DNA of 51,265 nucleotides from Octopus bimaculoides. Taxonomy: Eukaryota. Every line of letters starts with the position of its first letter. Position 1 is the first letter of the stretch. The notes beneath the pieces were generated by a model. The model saw only the letters and a list, made by a program, of their open reading frames with translations. It searched no databases and was not told where the DNA came from. Of this stretch, positions 1-13,251 are shown one piece after another. Both the position numbers and the translations under genes were made by a program. The stretch lies in contig NC_068990.1 in assembly GCF_001194135.2 (NCBI RefSeq), forward strand, positions 5,015,371 to 5,066,635, in the 5' to 3' direction.

Positions 1-269
1 AGTAAACTTTTGGTGCGAACAGTAACGATTGAAGTGAAAGTGAAGAAAAAACTATGGCTACCGGAAGTTGACGTTGAGGAACATTTTTAAAGAAGTGAAT
101 CTTAAATATAAAGCAATATTATTTATCTTAATAAAAAAAATCAAATGAAGAGCCTAAGATTTATCCGAGGTCAAATTATTCATGTATCACAAGTGGAACT
201 AAATGGTGAAGCCGTTTTCACGTGAAAAGCGATTACACACACATCTCTGTTTTATATATAGTATAGATT
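1..269 (+). mobile_element. 3' part of a non-autonomous Helitron-like (Lep1-type) element
   Basis: Ends GCCGTTTTCACGTGAAAAGCGATTACACACACATCTCTGTTTTATATATAGTATAGAT: a palindrome (TTTTCACGTGAAAA), a short (CA)n and a TATA-rich AGAT terminus, as I recall for Lep1-like Helitron 3' ends. CpG-rich relative to the window. Family assignment is from memory. Confidence 0.4.
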
Positions 270-349
270 AAGGAAAAAAATTTTTTAATAACTGATTAAC
301 ATTAAAATGTAGCCATATTTTATTTAAGTTACCCAAAAAGAAAATATTA

Positions 350-914
350 AAATTTGTTATAATAAATGATTATTTGTATAGATATATATATGTATATATA
401 TTTGTCCAAAATCACAGAGATAGAGTAGGAGAAATGGTAGTTTAAGTGAAGGGAGAAGAGAGAAAATAGTAATTCAATGAAGATGTAGTGAGAGTAATAG
501 CCCTGACTGAGAGGGAGTGAGAGAAAGCAATAGTAGCGAGAGAAAGAACGTGGCAAAGAGAGCATCCTGTATCTTCTGTTTTTCTGTCACAACATATGAA
601 TGAGAAAGGAAAGGGTGATAGATGAATAACAAAAGAAGTGGGGAACAAAAATGTGTTTCAACTCTGTGTGAGTATATGTGTGTGTATTTAAAAGGGAGGT
701 ATGTGTGTGTGTGCAATGGAAATGGGATGGTGAATGTTCAATGCTGAAAAGAAAAATCAAACAGCATTTCCACTCTGTTTGAGTATATGTGTGTGCATGT
801 ACAAGGGAAGTATGTGAATGTTTGTATCCGTGATTATCTACCTTGTTTTGTGCCTTATTTATATATAAAATACTACAGTTAGCTGCCGTTTTTGACAGCA
901 CAGGGTCAGCTAGT
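350..914 (-). mobile_element. Helitron-like non-autonomous element, decayed
   Basis: Minus strand starts ACTAGCTGACCCTGTGCTGTCAAAAACGGCAGCTAAC (ACTAGC start, TAGCTG/CAGCTA subterminal inversion). It has internal (CA)n and CT-rich tracts and ends near CATTTATTATA. Confidence 0.35.
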
Positions 915-1840
915 GCTATAATAATTAAACAAAGAAACAAAATGATATATAATGTAAATGATGGAGAAAAGGTAGAAGATGATGGTTACAAAATCACCAG
1001 CATTTATATCAGCATTAAATTTAAGAAAACTTCTGAGTTGGTGAAGCATGTATATTGACATCAGGTACTAGTTTTCTTCAAATGTCATTCTTCACTCAAG
1101 AATCAGTAAAATAAGTAATGGTAATACATTTGTGTCCATTTAACTGAATAAACGCTTAAAAAAAAAAAAAGATGCTTTTATGGTTAATTGGTTTTTGCAA
1201 AAGGCAATATTAAATCTTAGGTTAATAGCTTTTTCATTTTGATTCTGTTTTCATGGATTGGACAGTTTACAAATGTACAAATGTAAACATTTGCATGTAT
1301 TCATGAAGTTGTTGTTTAGACCAGTTTCCCTGATAACATTGACCCATGATCAAAAGGTTTTCAGTTTGTTGTTTTGTATAGCAGGGACTATATTATCCAA
1401 TGTATTTTCCTTGTTTTTAAGATGATATGATGTGATTTTGGGGGAATTTAGCTGTCATTTTTAGCAGATCGAGCAACTGATAAAAGCTCCCTCCTTTGCA
1501 ACACTAGATGTTACTCCTAGCACTATGTATATATGTATATAGAGAAATATACGTATTTTAGGGCAAACATTTTCTAAATCTTCTCCTTCCAGCAAAACTT
1601 TGTAAAATAAGATCCCTTGCTCTAAGATATAATATTTATGACACACTTTGTACCTCTGAATCTAAATTTAAAAATGCCATGATTCTAGTAAACTGCAACC
1701 TTAAAACCTGAAACAATGTATTTCCATAAAATCAAAAAGTAAGACAAAAGTTTAGAAACACAAATAATAAAATTTAAAGTACATTTATATGTTGTTTTTA
1801 TATTTTGATAAGTATTTTATTTTTGCTTTGCAAGTGCCTT

Positions 1841-2045
1841 CATGCTGGTTCACATAAAAAGCACTCATGCTGGTCCACGTAAGAAGCGCTCATGCTGGTG
1901 CCATGTAAAAAGCACCCAGCACACTCTGTAAAGTGGTTGGCATTAGGAAGGGCATCCAGCAGTAGAAACCAAGCAAAATCAGACTGGAACCTAGTAGAGC
2001 TCTCCAGCTTGCTAGCATAGAAAACAGATGTTAAATATTTCATAT
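1841..2045 (+). mobile_element. SINE/RTE-tail family F1 copy
   Basis: Shares GTTGGCATTAGGAAGGGCATCCAGC...GCAT(G)GAAA...GTTAAA with the other F1 copies. Has three ~29-bp internal units starting CATGCTGGT. Confidence 0.8.
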
Positions 2046-2226
2046 CAGAAATACAGTCATCATAATATCAATTTGGTATTGGTTTCAAAATGAAATTTAT
2101 AAGCTAATATAATTAATATAAAACTGTTGCAACATGGCAGCATGTTGAATATGTAAATAAAAGAGAAAGATAAAAGTGATAAATAAAAGACCAGATAAAT
2201 ATATTGGTTGATTACTTGGTTTATGT

Positions 2227-2227
<1 letters not shown>

Positions 2228-2259
<32 letters not shown>

Positions 2260-2308
2260 TTTTTGTGTGTGTGTGTGTTTATGTGTGTGTGTTTGTGTGT
2301 GTGTGTGT
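2228..2308. repeat. interrupted (GT)n microsatellite
   Basis: Seen directly. Confidence 0.95.
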
Positions 2309-2974
2309 TCATAGCTGTACGTAAGTATTCTTTTAAAGCCTTTCAAACAGAAGGAACACAAGTAGCTTAAAGATAGCATTTTTGAATGAATGATGCCAAG
2401 ATTTAGGCTAAGCATACTCTGTATATAGAAGAGAAACGGAATGAGAAGCATAGGCACACAAAAAGAGAGACAAAGAGAAATGGAAAGACAGGTGAAGAGA
2501 AAGAGAGATTTTTATAAACAATAAATCTCCTGTAAAGTTGGGAAAAATACCCAACAAAATCATGATTATGATCATAATTTTACAAATCTTACTAGTTTCC
2601 ACAAATTTACTCTGGCAAATAATTAAGGTAAATGAAATAATATCTTTTTATATTCAAATCATGTAATATGTTGTGCTCATTATTAAACCTAAATTAGTTA
2701 GTCCTGAAACCCTTTTAAAATAAGTAATTGGCTTTGAGGCATTTTTGTATTGTTCATTATTGATTAATGTTACACCCTGGAGACTAATACTCTGCTTGCA
2801 GACAAAACTAATTTATTTTGGACATTTGAGCAGATTATAGTCTTCAGCAATCTTAGTTAGGATTGAGTACATAGGCATTAATTTTACCATATTTTATTTT
2901 ATTGATATAAAATGATTCTATGAAATAAACAAAACAAGGGAATGGAGTTGGCAACAAATAAAGGGTAGAGATAA

Positions 2975-3180
2975 GACAGCAAGCTGGCAGAATCATTAGC
3001 TGGGTAAAATGCTTAGTGGCATTTCGTCCATCTTCACATTCTGAGTTCAAATTCTGCCAAAGTCAACTTCGCCTTTCATCCTTTTGAGGTTGATAAATTA
3101 AGTACCAGTTGAACACTTGGATCAATGTAATCAACATATCCCTACCCTGAAATTGCTGGCCTTGTACCAAAATTTGAAAT
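2975..3180 (+). mobile_element. SINE family F3 copy
   Basis: GGCAGAATCATTAGC...AAATGCTTAG...TTCTGAGTTCAAATTC...CTTTCATCCTTT...AAGTACCAGTTGA...AAAATTTGAAA, repeated elsewhere in the window (e.g. 38880-39100). Confidence 0.85.
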
Positions 3181-4589
3181 CATTAGAGATGGCAGAAATA
3201 ATAGAATCTGGACTGAATGCCTTACAATGTACAATCACATCGCTTTGTATTATGAGCCAAATGGATCCAGTTTTAACTTAATTAATTTTCCTGATCTCTA
3301 ATCATCTTATCACCACTCTGGCAAGGTTAGCACATTTTTCGTCTAGCATATGTTAGATATCTTAAGTGTATTGCCAGGCCTGCTACATGTGCCATTTGAA
3401 TTGGTAGAGAGGGTAGGATTAAAACAAAAATCTTAAAAGAGAATGATTGCTGGTGGTTTGTCAGACAGCACAAATGTAAGCTCCTAACACTACAAAATAT
3501 CTGTCCATCCTTTTAATGCAGTTGTGATTACTACAGGACTTCCTTTTCATTGTCAGGCAGTATAAACTAAATTTATACTAACAGTACCATAATTCACTCT
3601 AAAAACAGCTCATTCAATATAAAAACAGGCTCCTGAATAAAAGCAGTGTATATATGATATCTTATTAATATATCTTTTCCTACCTAATTACCTAGACTGC
3701 ATATTTCTATTGATGTGACCGTAAAGTTGCCGTCTAAATATCTATTTCTAACTTTACTGTCTCTGTTTTATATTTGATATTGGTTAAAATATATAAAACA
3801 TGAATTATTTATTTCATAAAGAGCCAAACATTTCAACAGTAAAATGTGAAATTTTTTCTGGACATTTTATTTTACTTCTTTAGGTAATATCTATTTATAT
3901 TTTAGATAATATTTGCTTACTTTTTGCAACTGTATTTTCAAGAATTCATAAAATCATTTTCAAAAATGCTCATTTTGGAAGTTTTTTTTAAAAAGAAAAC
4001 TAAAATTGATTAAAAAAATTTTTATATGGCAAGTGTTTCACACTGTAATGTCTCTATTTGATCTTAAATTTTAATAATTTCTTCCTTATTGCTTACGTTT
4101 ACTCAATCTAATATATTCAAATTATTGATAAAGCCAAGACATGTCATGAGAGGAAAGCATATTAAGCAAGTATGAATCAATCTATATTTTTATTAAAGTT
4201 GTGAGTTAATACATAAAAGAAAACATGTAAACTTACACACACATGCACACAATTATTTGTTTACTTGCATAAACTTATTAGTGACAAACCATTTACAATT
4301 CAAACCTTTGATCCATCATCCTGACATTTCCAATAAAATCTTTGCTTAATTTAATAATCCAACTTGCCACTAACAGGTTTTGAATAATATTTCACCCTAA
4401 CAGAAATGTAAACTAAAGTCAACAAGGATACCAATTTTTTTCAGTAAACATATCATACATTTCTAATTCCTGTGTTCCTTAAACTGGAGATGGCCAAAGA
4501 TTTTTTATCACAAGCATCATGAATCTCTATCTAATATATAATTTTCCTCTCCTACCATTATGACAATGGTATGCCAACATTGCCTTTTA

Positions 4590-4700
4590 TCTGTTTGGGA
4601 TCAGTAAAATAAATAACAGTTGAGCATTGGGGTGGGGTCAGTGTAATTGACTTATCCTTCCCCACAAAATTTCTGGTTTTGTGCCAAAATTATTACTATG
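4590..4700 (+). mobile_element. SINE family F3, 3' fragment
   Basis: CAGTTGAGCATTGGGGT...GTAATTGACTT...GTGCCAAAAT matches the F3 3' half. Confidence 0.6.
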
Positions 4701-4739
4701 ACATTTGCTCTTGCAAACTAACAAACTGTGTAGTCCATC

Positions 4740-4990
4740 ATACAAACTCACGTGAATTACTTTGTGAACGTAACCTCCAGCCTTTGTATGAAAACTCTTA
4801 CCCAACTCCATTCTTTGCAGAACTGTAGAACATTTTTCCTATCCACATCTCTTCAGATATTGACCTACAAAACTGAACATCATCTGCAATAGCTTCACTA
4901 TCTGGAACGTCCTGCAAATGTCCTGAGACAATATATTTCTCGATCAGACTTCACTCCTGTGTTTGACATCCATTTTCCTATGCTTGCATG
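4740..4990 (-). mobile_element. possible Tc1/mariner transposase relic (alternative: coding exon 4802-4922)
   Basis: Frameshifted minus-strand pieces FQIVKLLQ / DDVQFCRSISEEMW / SFHTKAGGYVHKV loosely follow the segment around the first catalytic Asp of Tc1/mariner transposases. No FSDE motif or TIRs seen. Confidence 0.3.
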
Positions 4991-6624
4991 GGTCGGAAGC
5001 TCTTCCTGCCACCAGCCTCTAACTGTTTTACAATCAAGGGATTTTTATTCATAAGGTCTTTGAAACTGCTGAGCAATTGGTTTTGCTCAAGCAGGGACAA
5101 ACATAGAATGTCAACATTCATGCATTTTCACAGACATTTACACACATGTAATTGGTTTCTTGCAGTTTCCATCAAACAAATGCACCCACAAGGCATTGAT
5201 TGACTTGTGTCTTTACTAGAAAACTACATGATTACAAAGCAAAACTTCTTAACCATTTGGCCATGCCTGAGACTAAATAAATCATAACAGATTGAATTTT
5301 GATGTTACAGGTATTGCCTGTTGTACATTTAGTTCACTTCAAGCTGAGAGCTTCTGAACAAAATTTGTTAATGGTTATTATGTATCATAAATAATATGTC
5401 TTATGAATAATGTAAATTTTGTCTTCAGTTTTATTCCATAGTTTAGTTACATACATAGATAGGAAGCTTTAGCTTAGCAGAGAATTAATTATACAAAAGT
5501 GCATTTGTTAAGTGACTGACAAATTAAAAAAAATTAGTTCAATAAAAGTTATGCTCTTTGCAGTCCCCACATTGCAACTACCATTACCTTCATTAAACAA
5601 TAGCCCTGATGAAGACACCACCACCTTGGCACATACCACAGTTCTCAGTATAAGTGCATGTGATTATGTCTGCAAATAATATTCCCTATCTCCTATATCC
5701 CCTCCAGTAAACATCCTTTCCTTTCTTCTTGCCTTTCTCTTTCTCCTCTACTAACTTTTAACTGCATAAAATAATAACATTCCTCTTCTCCACTCTCTTG
5801 CTGATACCTCATCCCCTGCTGTAAACACTCTTCTCTGTCTATCTCTTTACCTCTTCCTTCTACTAACCATCCAAACACTTTCTCCTACCTCTCACTACTA
5901 TCACATTTCCTTTCACTAAACATTCTTTTCTCTCCCCACTCCTAATCTAACTATTTAAACAGAATATTATAATTCGAAATTTGAAATGTGAAGAAATTAT
6001 TACAGGTTTTTAACTGTTATGGGGTTAATAACAAAATTTTGAGAATGCAGTGGAATATTAACAATTAAAAAGCAGTAAAAAAAGTGACAAGCAATTTTGG
6101 ATATTTAGCATACATCAAGCTGAGAGATTGTGAATAAAATTTCGTAATGGTTGCTGTGTATCATTAATAACACTATGGATTGATAGCTCCACAGTTGAAT
6201 ATCTGGACACCGTGGAAAATTAAATCATTAGAAAAACGCATTCCACATATGCCTATCTGATTTATCAACACTTAGATATAAAAATGGTTTGGTAAATAAT
6301 TTGATTAAAGCAATTATGCGTGTGATTCATCAAGGATTATCTATGATTTTGCTTACATAAAAGAGGCATCAAACTAGAATATGCTTTGGCTGTTTCCCTC
6401 AGAAAAACTACCAAAGAATTTTAGGTGTTGTTTGTTGATTAGGATTTTGGAAATTGAGCCTTCCAAAGATTTTCATGGATTTCTGGTTTAATATTTATTC
6501 AGTTATTTTTCAATATTGTTAGATATTCATGCCTAGTCCACACAGGGCCTATTTTAAACTTTTGTTCAATGTACACAGAACACACACACACACACGCGCG
6601 CGCGCACACACACTAATGCCTAGG

Positions 6625-7050
6625 TTTATTTAATTTTGATATACCTTTCATCTTTTGCATGTTTCACTCTTTGGACTTCAGCATGTCGGGCACCATCTAG
6701 ATGAATTTAGTCAAAGAAATTGATCCCTCTACTTATTTTTAAACCTAGTACATATTCAATTGTTTTTTTTTTGTTTTTGCTGTAAACAAATTGACACCAG
6801 TTATCATGCAGTAGTAGGGCATGCACACACACGCACGCATTTATGCATTCACACACACACACATGCACACACATACACATACTCACGACACATGTATACA
6901 ACAGGCTTTTTTCAATTTCCCTCTAACAAATTCACCCTCAAGGCTTTGTTTTGGCCTAGGGTTAAAATGGAACATACTTTCCCAAGGTGCTGTGCAGTGG
7001 GACTGAAGACAAGACCACATGGTTGGGAAGTAAGCTTCTTCCTGTACAGC
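6625..7050 (-). mobile_element. tRNA-headed SINE family F2 copy with internal (CA)n
   Basis: Reverse complement matches F2: GCTGT...AGAAGCTTACTTCCCAACCATGTGGTC...CAGTCCCACTGC...CTTGGG. The tail region lies at 6625-6790. Confidence 0.8.
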
Positions 7051-10000
7051 CATAATTTAATATTTTTTTTTGTTATTAAATTCTGTATAAAGTTATCAAA
7101 ATATTTTAGCGGTACACTTTTTCAGTTATTATTTCAATAATCACTACTTTTGCCAAGGAGCCTATGAGACCTATATAGTTCTGATTTGCTCTGAATTCTG
7201 TGTGGTTAAGCATGAATAGAGTATATTAATCTATCAATTTATTTTGTTAGGAATTTGCTAAGTAAGCTGGAACAAATAAAATTACAACATTTTTTCATTG
7301 ATACTGCAAAATATCTGAAGTGGAATTATAAGGCTGATACTTCATCTACTTGATTATTTTAGCCTGTTAGAATATATTACACTTTTGAAATAAAGGTGAA
7401 TATAACTGTAATTGATATACATGTAGATTTAATAGATCGGATTTCTATTCGAAAATTTTATGAAGATAGCACAATAACAACAATGATGCTGATATAAAAC
7501 TGCAGCACATCAGGATTATTTTAGGGTGATTAGCTAAGAAACTATCTTTGAAATCCTAAATAAATAAAGACTATATAATAACATTGTGAAGAGAGATAGA
7601 AAAGAGAATAAAGACAGACTAAACAAATATGCTGAGAAATTGAAAAGAATGGGGAAAGGGAGAAATACTTGAAAATACGATAATAGCTGCAGCTAGTGTA
7701 GAGGTAACAATTTATTAAACATTTCCAGTGAATAGATCAGTTTTGCATCAACCAATTTAAAACAAAACATAGGGCAGAATATTGTAAAATTCTTTCTTGC
7801 TGGCTAAATAGAAATTGACTGCAATAGAAAGTAAAGAGCATGAAAAATGTTGTTTGAATTGCAAATGCTATTTTAGGATACTTCCATTAAGAGGATATTA
7901 AAAACAAATAAGCATAAAAATGTACTTCATACACAGCTACATAGCAATTGAGGAATCTAAAACAATGTCGCTATGGGTTGTTTTTTGTTTTTTGTATTTT
8001 TTTTAACAGGGAACAGATTTGTTTAATTCCAATCAATATACGAATCACAAATTCTTCCTCCGTATCTCATTTCACTTCATCAGAAATGATTCCTATCAAA
8101 ATAACTAAAATTAAATTACAGAATGATTTGAATGCACAAGAAAAAAACATATATTATCTATTTTTTTATCATTAAAAACTCATTTGCTTTCTTAATATTT
8201 AAATTTTAAAATGTAGTATGGTTGGTTCATAGGTTACATCAGAAATGTATTTTAAAAAATTACGTAGCATATCAAGAAATAACTCATAAAAATGGTATTA
8301 TATTTCTTTTAGAGTTAAAATACTAAAATTTTTAAAAAATTAATTGGGAAATGGAATTTTATAGAAGAGTTTTATGACGGTTTCATTATGTAAATTATCA
8401 TAGTACTAAGTACCAAAGTGTAAAGGTAAATTCTAGGAAACTAAATACTGCTTTACTATTGTCACTTTTGTCACCTTTATAAAAGAGATAGACACTTCAA
8501 ATTGTATTCCTCACTTCAAGCCAAAGTAAACAGTCATAATGACACTCTTATGATGTTAAGATATACAACCTATGGTCAGAATTGCTGTAACAATAACGGT
8601 GATTGTTGCTACAAAGCAGATGTTCACTGCCATAATGATTGTTTTAATTGATACAGAAGCAATGATGGTAGTAGTCCATTATGATAATGATGATGCCTAT
8701 TCTGATAAGAAAGATTTCAAAAAGATTCAAAATATAAGACTGAGGATTTTATTTTAGAGATGACCAATTTTGTGACAATGAATGCAGTGCAACATTTTTT
8801 TTAAAGATTATTATGGTATAATTTCGATAGCTATAAAGATTATGGTTGTAATTCTATCAAAAATTGTGGAGTTTATTTAGATTTTATCAAATTACAGATG
8901 TAACTGCTACAGACATTTTATGATAAATGTATAGCATAAAATTAGGTTCTTTGAAAACTTATACAATTTACAACCATAAAGAATTATATTCAGGTATTTG
9001 TTTTATAAAAACTTGATTGTTTTTCACTTTAGAACAACAGCAATATGAGTTGGACTGCAAATAATTATAAAATATAGACCTGTTTTAATGTACAATTTCA
9101 CATTAACCAAAAGTTTTATGAGAAACATAAAATAGAATTTATTTTATTTCTTTATGATAGACATGTTTATTGCAACTATCCTACTATGACTGAAATAAAC
9201 TTTTAGAAATAATCAGCAATTAAAACTTAAATAACAATGTTTTCTAAATTTTATCTTAATCTTCAGCTTTATATTTGTTGGGAAGGAGTGACTTTATATA
9301 ATCTAGTAATTGTGCTATTATTTAGGATGGAAAATGACAAAAAAAGCATAAAAATTTAAATGATATTAAAAAATGCTTTGAAGTTATTTAATAAAGGTCA
9401 ATGAAAACTAAACTAAAACATCCACACACCATTCCTGACAAAATTTAAAAAATTTCTCTCTATCGGAAAATCATCGAAATTATTATTTTTCATGTTAGCA
9501 TTAGCTGGATGTCTTTGTAATACAGCATACTGTCATTCTTTTTTATCATGATTCATCTTGCCTGTGAGGCTCATCAGGCAATTATCATAGACATTATTGT
9601 ATGCAGCATGTTTATCTTCATATCAAAAAGAGATGGCTCAATTTCTTTCACAGTTGAATTATATGTATATATTTGTTGATATAATGACATGGAAAGCTTA
9701 CTTCACTGTGAAAATTATGTAACATATTTTGGATTTACTTTTACATAATGCAAAATTGGTTCTAATAACACACCTATAAATTGAGTTTATAAAGCATAAA
9801 GATTTTGCATAAGAATGTACATAACGGGAGAATTACCATAAAATTTTCATACTTTTAATTATTTTCTCTGTTAAAAACTATGAACATGAATTCCATAGAA
9901 AACTAACACTTAGTATCTTCCATTTAATTGTTACCTCTATGTTAGATGTAGAACATATAATGTCTATAATCCTTTTATTTCTTCTACCATATTCTCAACA

Positions 10001-10726
10001 ATAATCTGAATTCAACTGACATTCACAGAATCAGTCAAAAGCTAGATTAAGGGCATCTAAAATGATTTTGGCATTATTAACACTGCAAGCAAAAGTATAT
10101 TTCAGTTAAAATGACTATGGTGTAATCTGGATTCGACTCATGGATAAATATATATACATATAGCTTGAAGGCTGGTCACAAGATATTGAGCCTCAGAGGA
10201 GATATGACAACTGACTAAGCTTATTAGAAATTTCACTGTGTTCAGCAGGACCTAATCATTATGTCAAAAAGGGTGTCCTAAAAGCATTAAGCTTATGTCT
10301 ATCTTTCCACTGGGCTCTGTCCCTGCACCCAGTTTCTCTCCTTCAAACTTTTCCCTCCTTTCTTCTTTCTAACAATGGCACTATTCATATTGTAATTATA
10401 TGGCAGCAGAATCTGCACATTTCCTCCCCTTGTGCTACTGGTTACTCGCCCACTTCTTCGGATTGTTTTCTTTAACATACATCCCTCACTCTCAATATAA
10501 TCCCTTCCCACATTGTGTTGCACATCTCACTCCTGTCTGTACCTCCAGTTATCTCTCCCTCTTCTCTGGGTTTCATCTTAGGGCTACCAAACCTCATCTA
10601 TAACACTTTCGCACCTACTGTTACTCTCAACATGCTCTCATATCTATTTTCGATGCCCCCACCTTTGCCCTCTTCTCATTATAGACATCACTAAGTACCT
10701 TTGATGTTCATCTCTGTCCCTGTACA

Positions 10727-10753
10727 TCTCTCTCTCTCTCTCTCTCTCTCTCT
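10727..10753. repeat. (CT)n microsatellite inside a ~0.9 kb pyrimidine-rich tract (about 10300-11200)
   Basis: Seen directly. Confidence 0.9.
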
Positions 10754-10827
10754 CCTTATTTTCTGATCTATTTACAGGCTTCCCCACGTTTTCTGATCTA
10801 TGCACAGTCTTATACTTCTGCTTTCCA

Positions 10828-10879
10828 CACTTCCTGTATTGCCACTAATCACTTCCTGTATTGCCACTAATCACTTCCT
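10828..10879 (+). repeat. 22-bp tandem repeat, 2.4 copies
   Basis: CACTTCCTGTATTGCCACTAAT twice exactly, then CACTTCCT. Confidence 0.95.
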
Positions 10880-11267
10880 ATTTCCTGAGCCTTTTACCTT
10901 CTCCCCCATACTGATATTAAACATTGACAACACCTTCACCCTTGTTCATCATTTACTACATTAATATCTCTACCCTATCCATAAACACTTGTCACTGTTC
11001 TTTCACATGCCTATGAACTTATCCACCTACACCTGACTATTCTTTGCCCATATTCTCACTTATATTCCCCTTTGTGTACCTTGACATTATGCTCTAACCC
11101 CTTCTCACCAATAACTTTATCTTCTTTCCAGCTACTCCCCTCTACTCCTATATAATGCCAGGTAACCAAAACCCCTAGACTTGTTCCCATATCTTCCCTT
11201 AGCATCTCAATACCTGGCAAAAAGCTACCTCTCCCAAGATTATCTGCAACCTTTACTTGTGCAGTAT

Positions 11268-11440
11268 CATGTAAAAAGCATCCCATACACTCTGTAAAGC
11301 AATTCGTATTAAGAAGGACATCCAACCATAGAAACCAAATGAAAACAGAGACTGGAGTTCAATACTGTCCCCCAGCTCACTGGCTCTTGTCAAACTGTTC
11401 AACTCTTGCCAGCATGGAAGACAGGTGTTAAATGAGGATG
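11268..11440 (+). mobile_element. SINE/RTE-tail family F1 copy
   Basis: CATGTAAAAAGCATCCC...AAGAAGGACATCC...GCCAGCATGGAA...GTTAAATGAGGATGA. Confidence 0.75.
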
Positions 11441-12977
11441 AGAGCTTATTCTAAAAAACTTCAGTGAAGGAAAATATGTTAAAACTTTTTATTTCCTCAC
11501 CCATACAATATAGATTAGTTCACAAAGAAATCTTATCTATTATCCTACAATGTTCCATGTACCATTAGTGTATATTCTAAGAATTCAGATACAATTTTTC
11601 CATCTTGAAATAGACACATCACATCCAAATATTTTTGTTGTTGTTGAGAGCATGTGGATGTGGGTGTTCTTTCAAAGTCTTGTTCAACAATATAAAGCAA
11701 ACAATGGGAGAAAGGATAAGTTTCAAGAAACGCACACATGGAGATTAATGATTAAAACCTTTTACAAAAATTTCTAGCTGTTCATAATATGCTATCAGGC
11801 TGGCAACGCTGAATATAAACTCACATACTGTATGCAATATACATGGATGTATATCTGTTTATGAATGTGCATCAAGCAAAAAAAAAGAATTTCCTACTTT
11901 GCTTTCTTTTTCTTTGTAACATGCTTAAAGTTAGTAGTAAAGAATATTTTGATCAACATTTCTGAAAAAAACTACGAGTCAGTTCTAAGGAATATAATCA
12001 TTTTAATTCATTTGATATCAATTTAGAACTATTGACATTGCTTTTCCCTAGTGTAAAGATCCAGATATTTAATCTATTTTTTAAAATTTTCATTGCATGC
12101 TTCTTTTTAATTTCTATTAAAAAAAAAAACAGATTTCATGCTAAAAGGTAATTTATTTAAGACAGCTTAATGTGTTCAATTATCAGTTGTTTACCCTTAA
12201 AATGCAACCAGGATCTCTTTATTAAAGTATTATTATTTTCTTCTTCAAGCCAACATCAAAAGAATTAACTGAATAAAGAAAAAAAAAGCTAATTTAAGAT
12301 ATTCCATCATGTTTAAATGTTCTGATTAAACAAAAAACAAAAAAAAATTGTAACGTATATATCACTGAAGAACAATATATTTTATGGGAATTCTGCTGTA
12401 AATACTATCTACATCTTTATCAATTAAGTCCTATATTAAGCTCCTTTGTAAAGTTATATAACCTTTAATTTGTTAAATTTACTTTAACTTTATCAAGTAG
12501 CTTTAGGGACAAAAAGTATTAATTAAGGAACTTCAGTATCATAAAATTTTCTGAGAATTTGTCTTTTGTCATTACAAACTATAAATAAAACTCAAATGTT
12601 TCATATTAAACAAATATGCTGAATCATTACATGTATGACATAACTAAGATATGTGATCTATAATTAACATCATTTCATGGAGGAAAATCTCTATGTAAGG
12701 GGAAAATATGATGTTGAATTATAATATATAAATTTGTTTATTTGTTTTATGTCTGATTTTCAGTGCTTGCATGGATTAGACAAATATGCTATTTGAAACA
12801 TTATTTTACAGTATGATACCCTTTCTGATGCAAACTCTTAAAGGATTTTCAAGCGAGGGATTTCTTATTCTACAAAGCTTCAAAGAAACAAAGTGACCAA
12901 AAGATTTATTGACAGGAGAAACTGAAAACACCATCTACCAGACTTTTATACATGTGATTTCAGAAGTAAACAAATAA

Positions 12978-12979
<2 letters not shown>

Positions 12980-13020
<41 letters not shown>
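12980..13020. repeat. (CA)n microsatellite
   Basis: Seen directly. Confidence 0.97.
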
Positions 13021-13022
<2 letters not shown>

Positions 13023-13039
13023 AGGAATTTCTTTCAGTT

Positions 13040-13175
13040 TTCATTTAGCAAATTCACACACAAGAATATATAGTTTGCCCATGACTATAATAGAAGGTAT
13101 TTGTTCAAAGAACAATGCAGTGAGGCTGAACCCAAAACTATGTGGTGGTTGGAAAATGAATTTCTCAGTCATACA
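13040..13175 (-). mobile_element. SINE family F2 5' fragment
   Basis: TTCTTTCAGTTT...TTTGCCCATGACTATAATAGAAGGTATTTG...GCAGTGAGGCTGAACCC matches the F2 reverse complement. Confidence 0.65.
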
Positions 13176-13191
13176 TGTGTACTTGCACCTA

Positions 13192-13193
<2 letters not shown>

Positions 13194-13249
<56 letters not shown>
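13194..13249. repeat. (TG)n microsatellite
   Basis: Seen directly. Confidence 0.97.

Positions 13250-13251
<2 letters not shown>

Noticed and set aside
54-225. Housekeeping promoter (ETS, CRE half-site, E-box)
   Set aside because: The motifs are short and lie within a probable Helitron-like repeat, so I kept this only as a hypothesis.
843-1058. 71-aa ORF and possible exon ending CAG|GTACTA
   Set aside because: It overlaps the Helitron-like 5' end, with no recognisable protein or compatible next exon.
9553-9580. Minus-strand CTGATGA-GCC-TCACA-GGC-AAGA hammerhead-like string
   Set aside because: The GAAA box is absent, there is no helix I or III, and it is explained by a local imperfect palindrome.
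10828-10879. Short direct repeats as a CRISPR-like array
   Set aside because: No spacers and a eukaryotic context, so these are simple tandem duplications.
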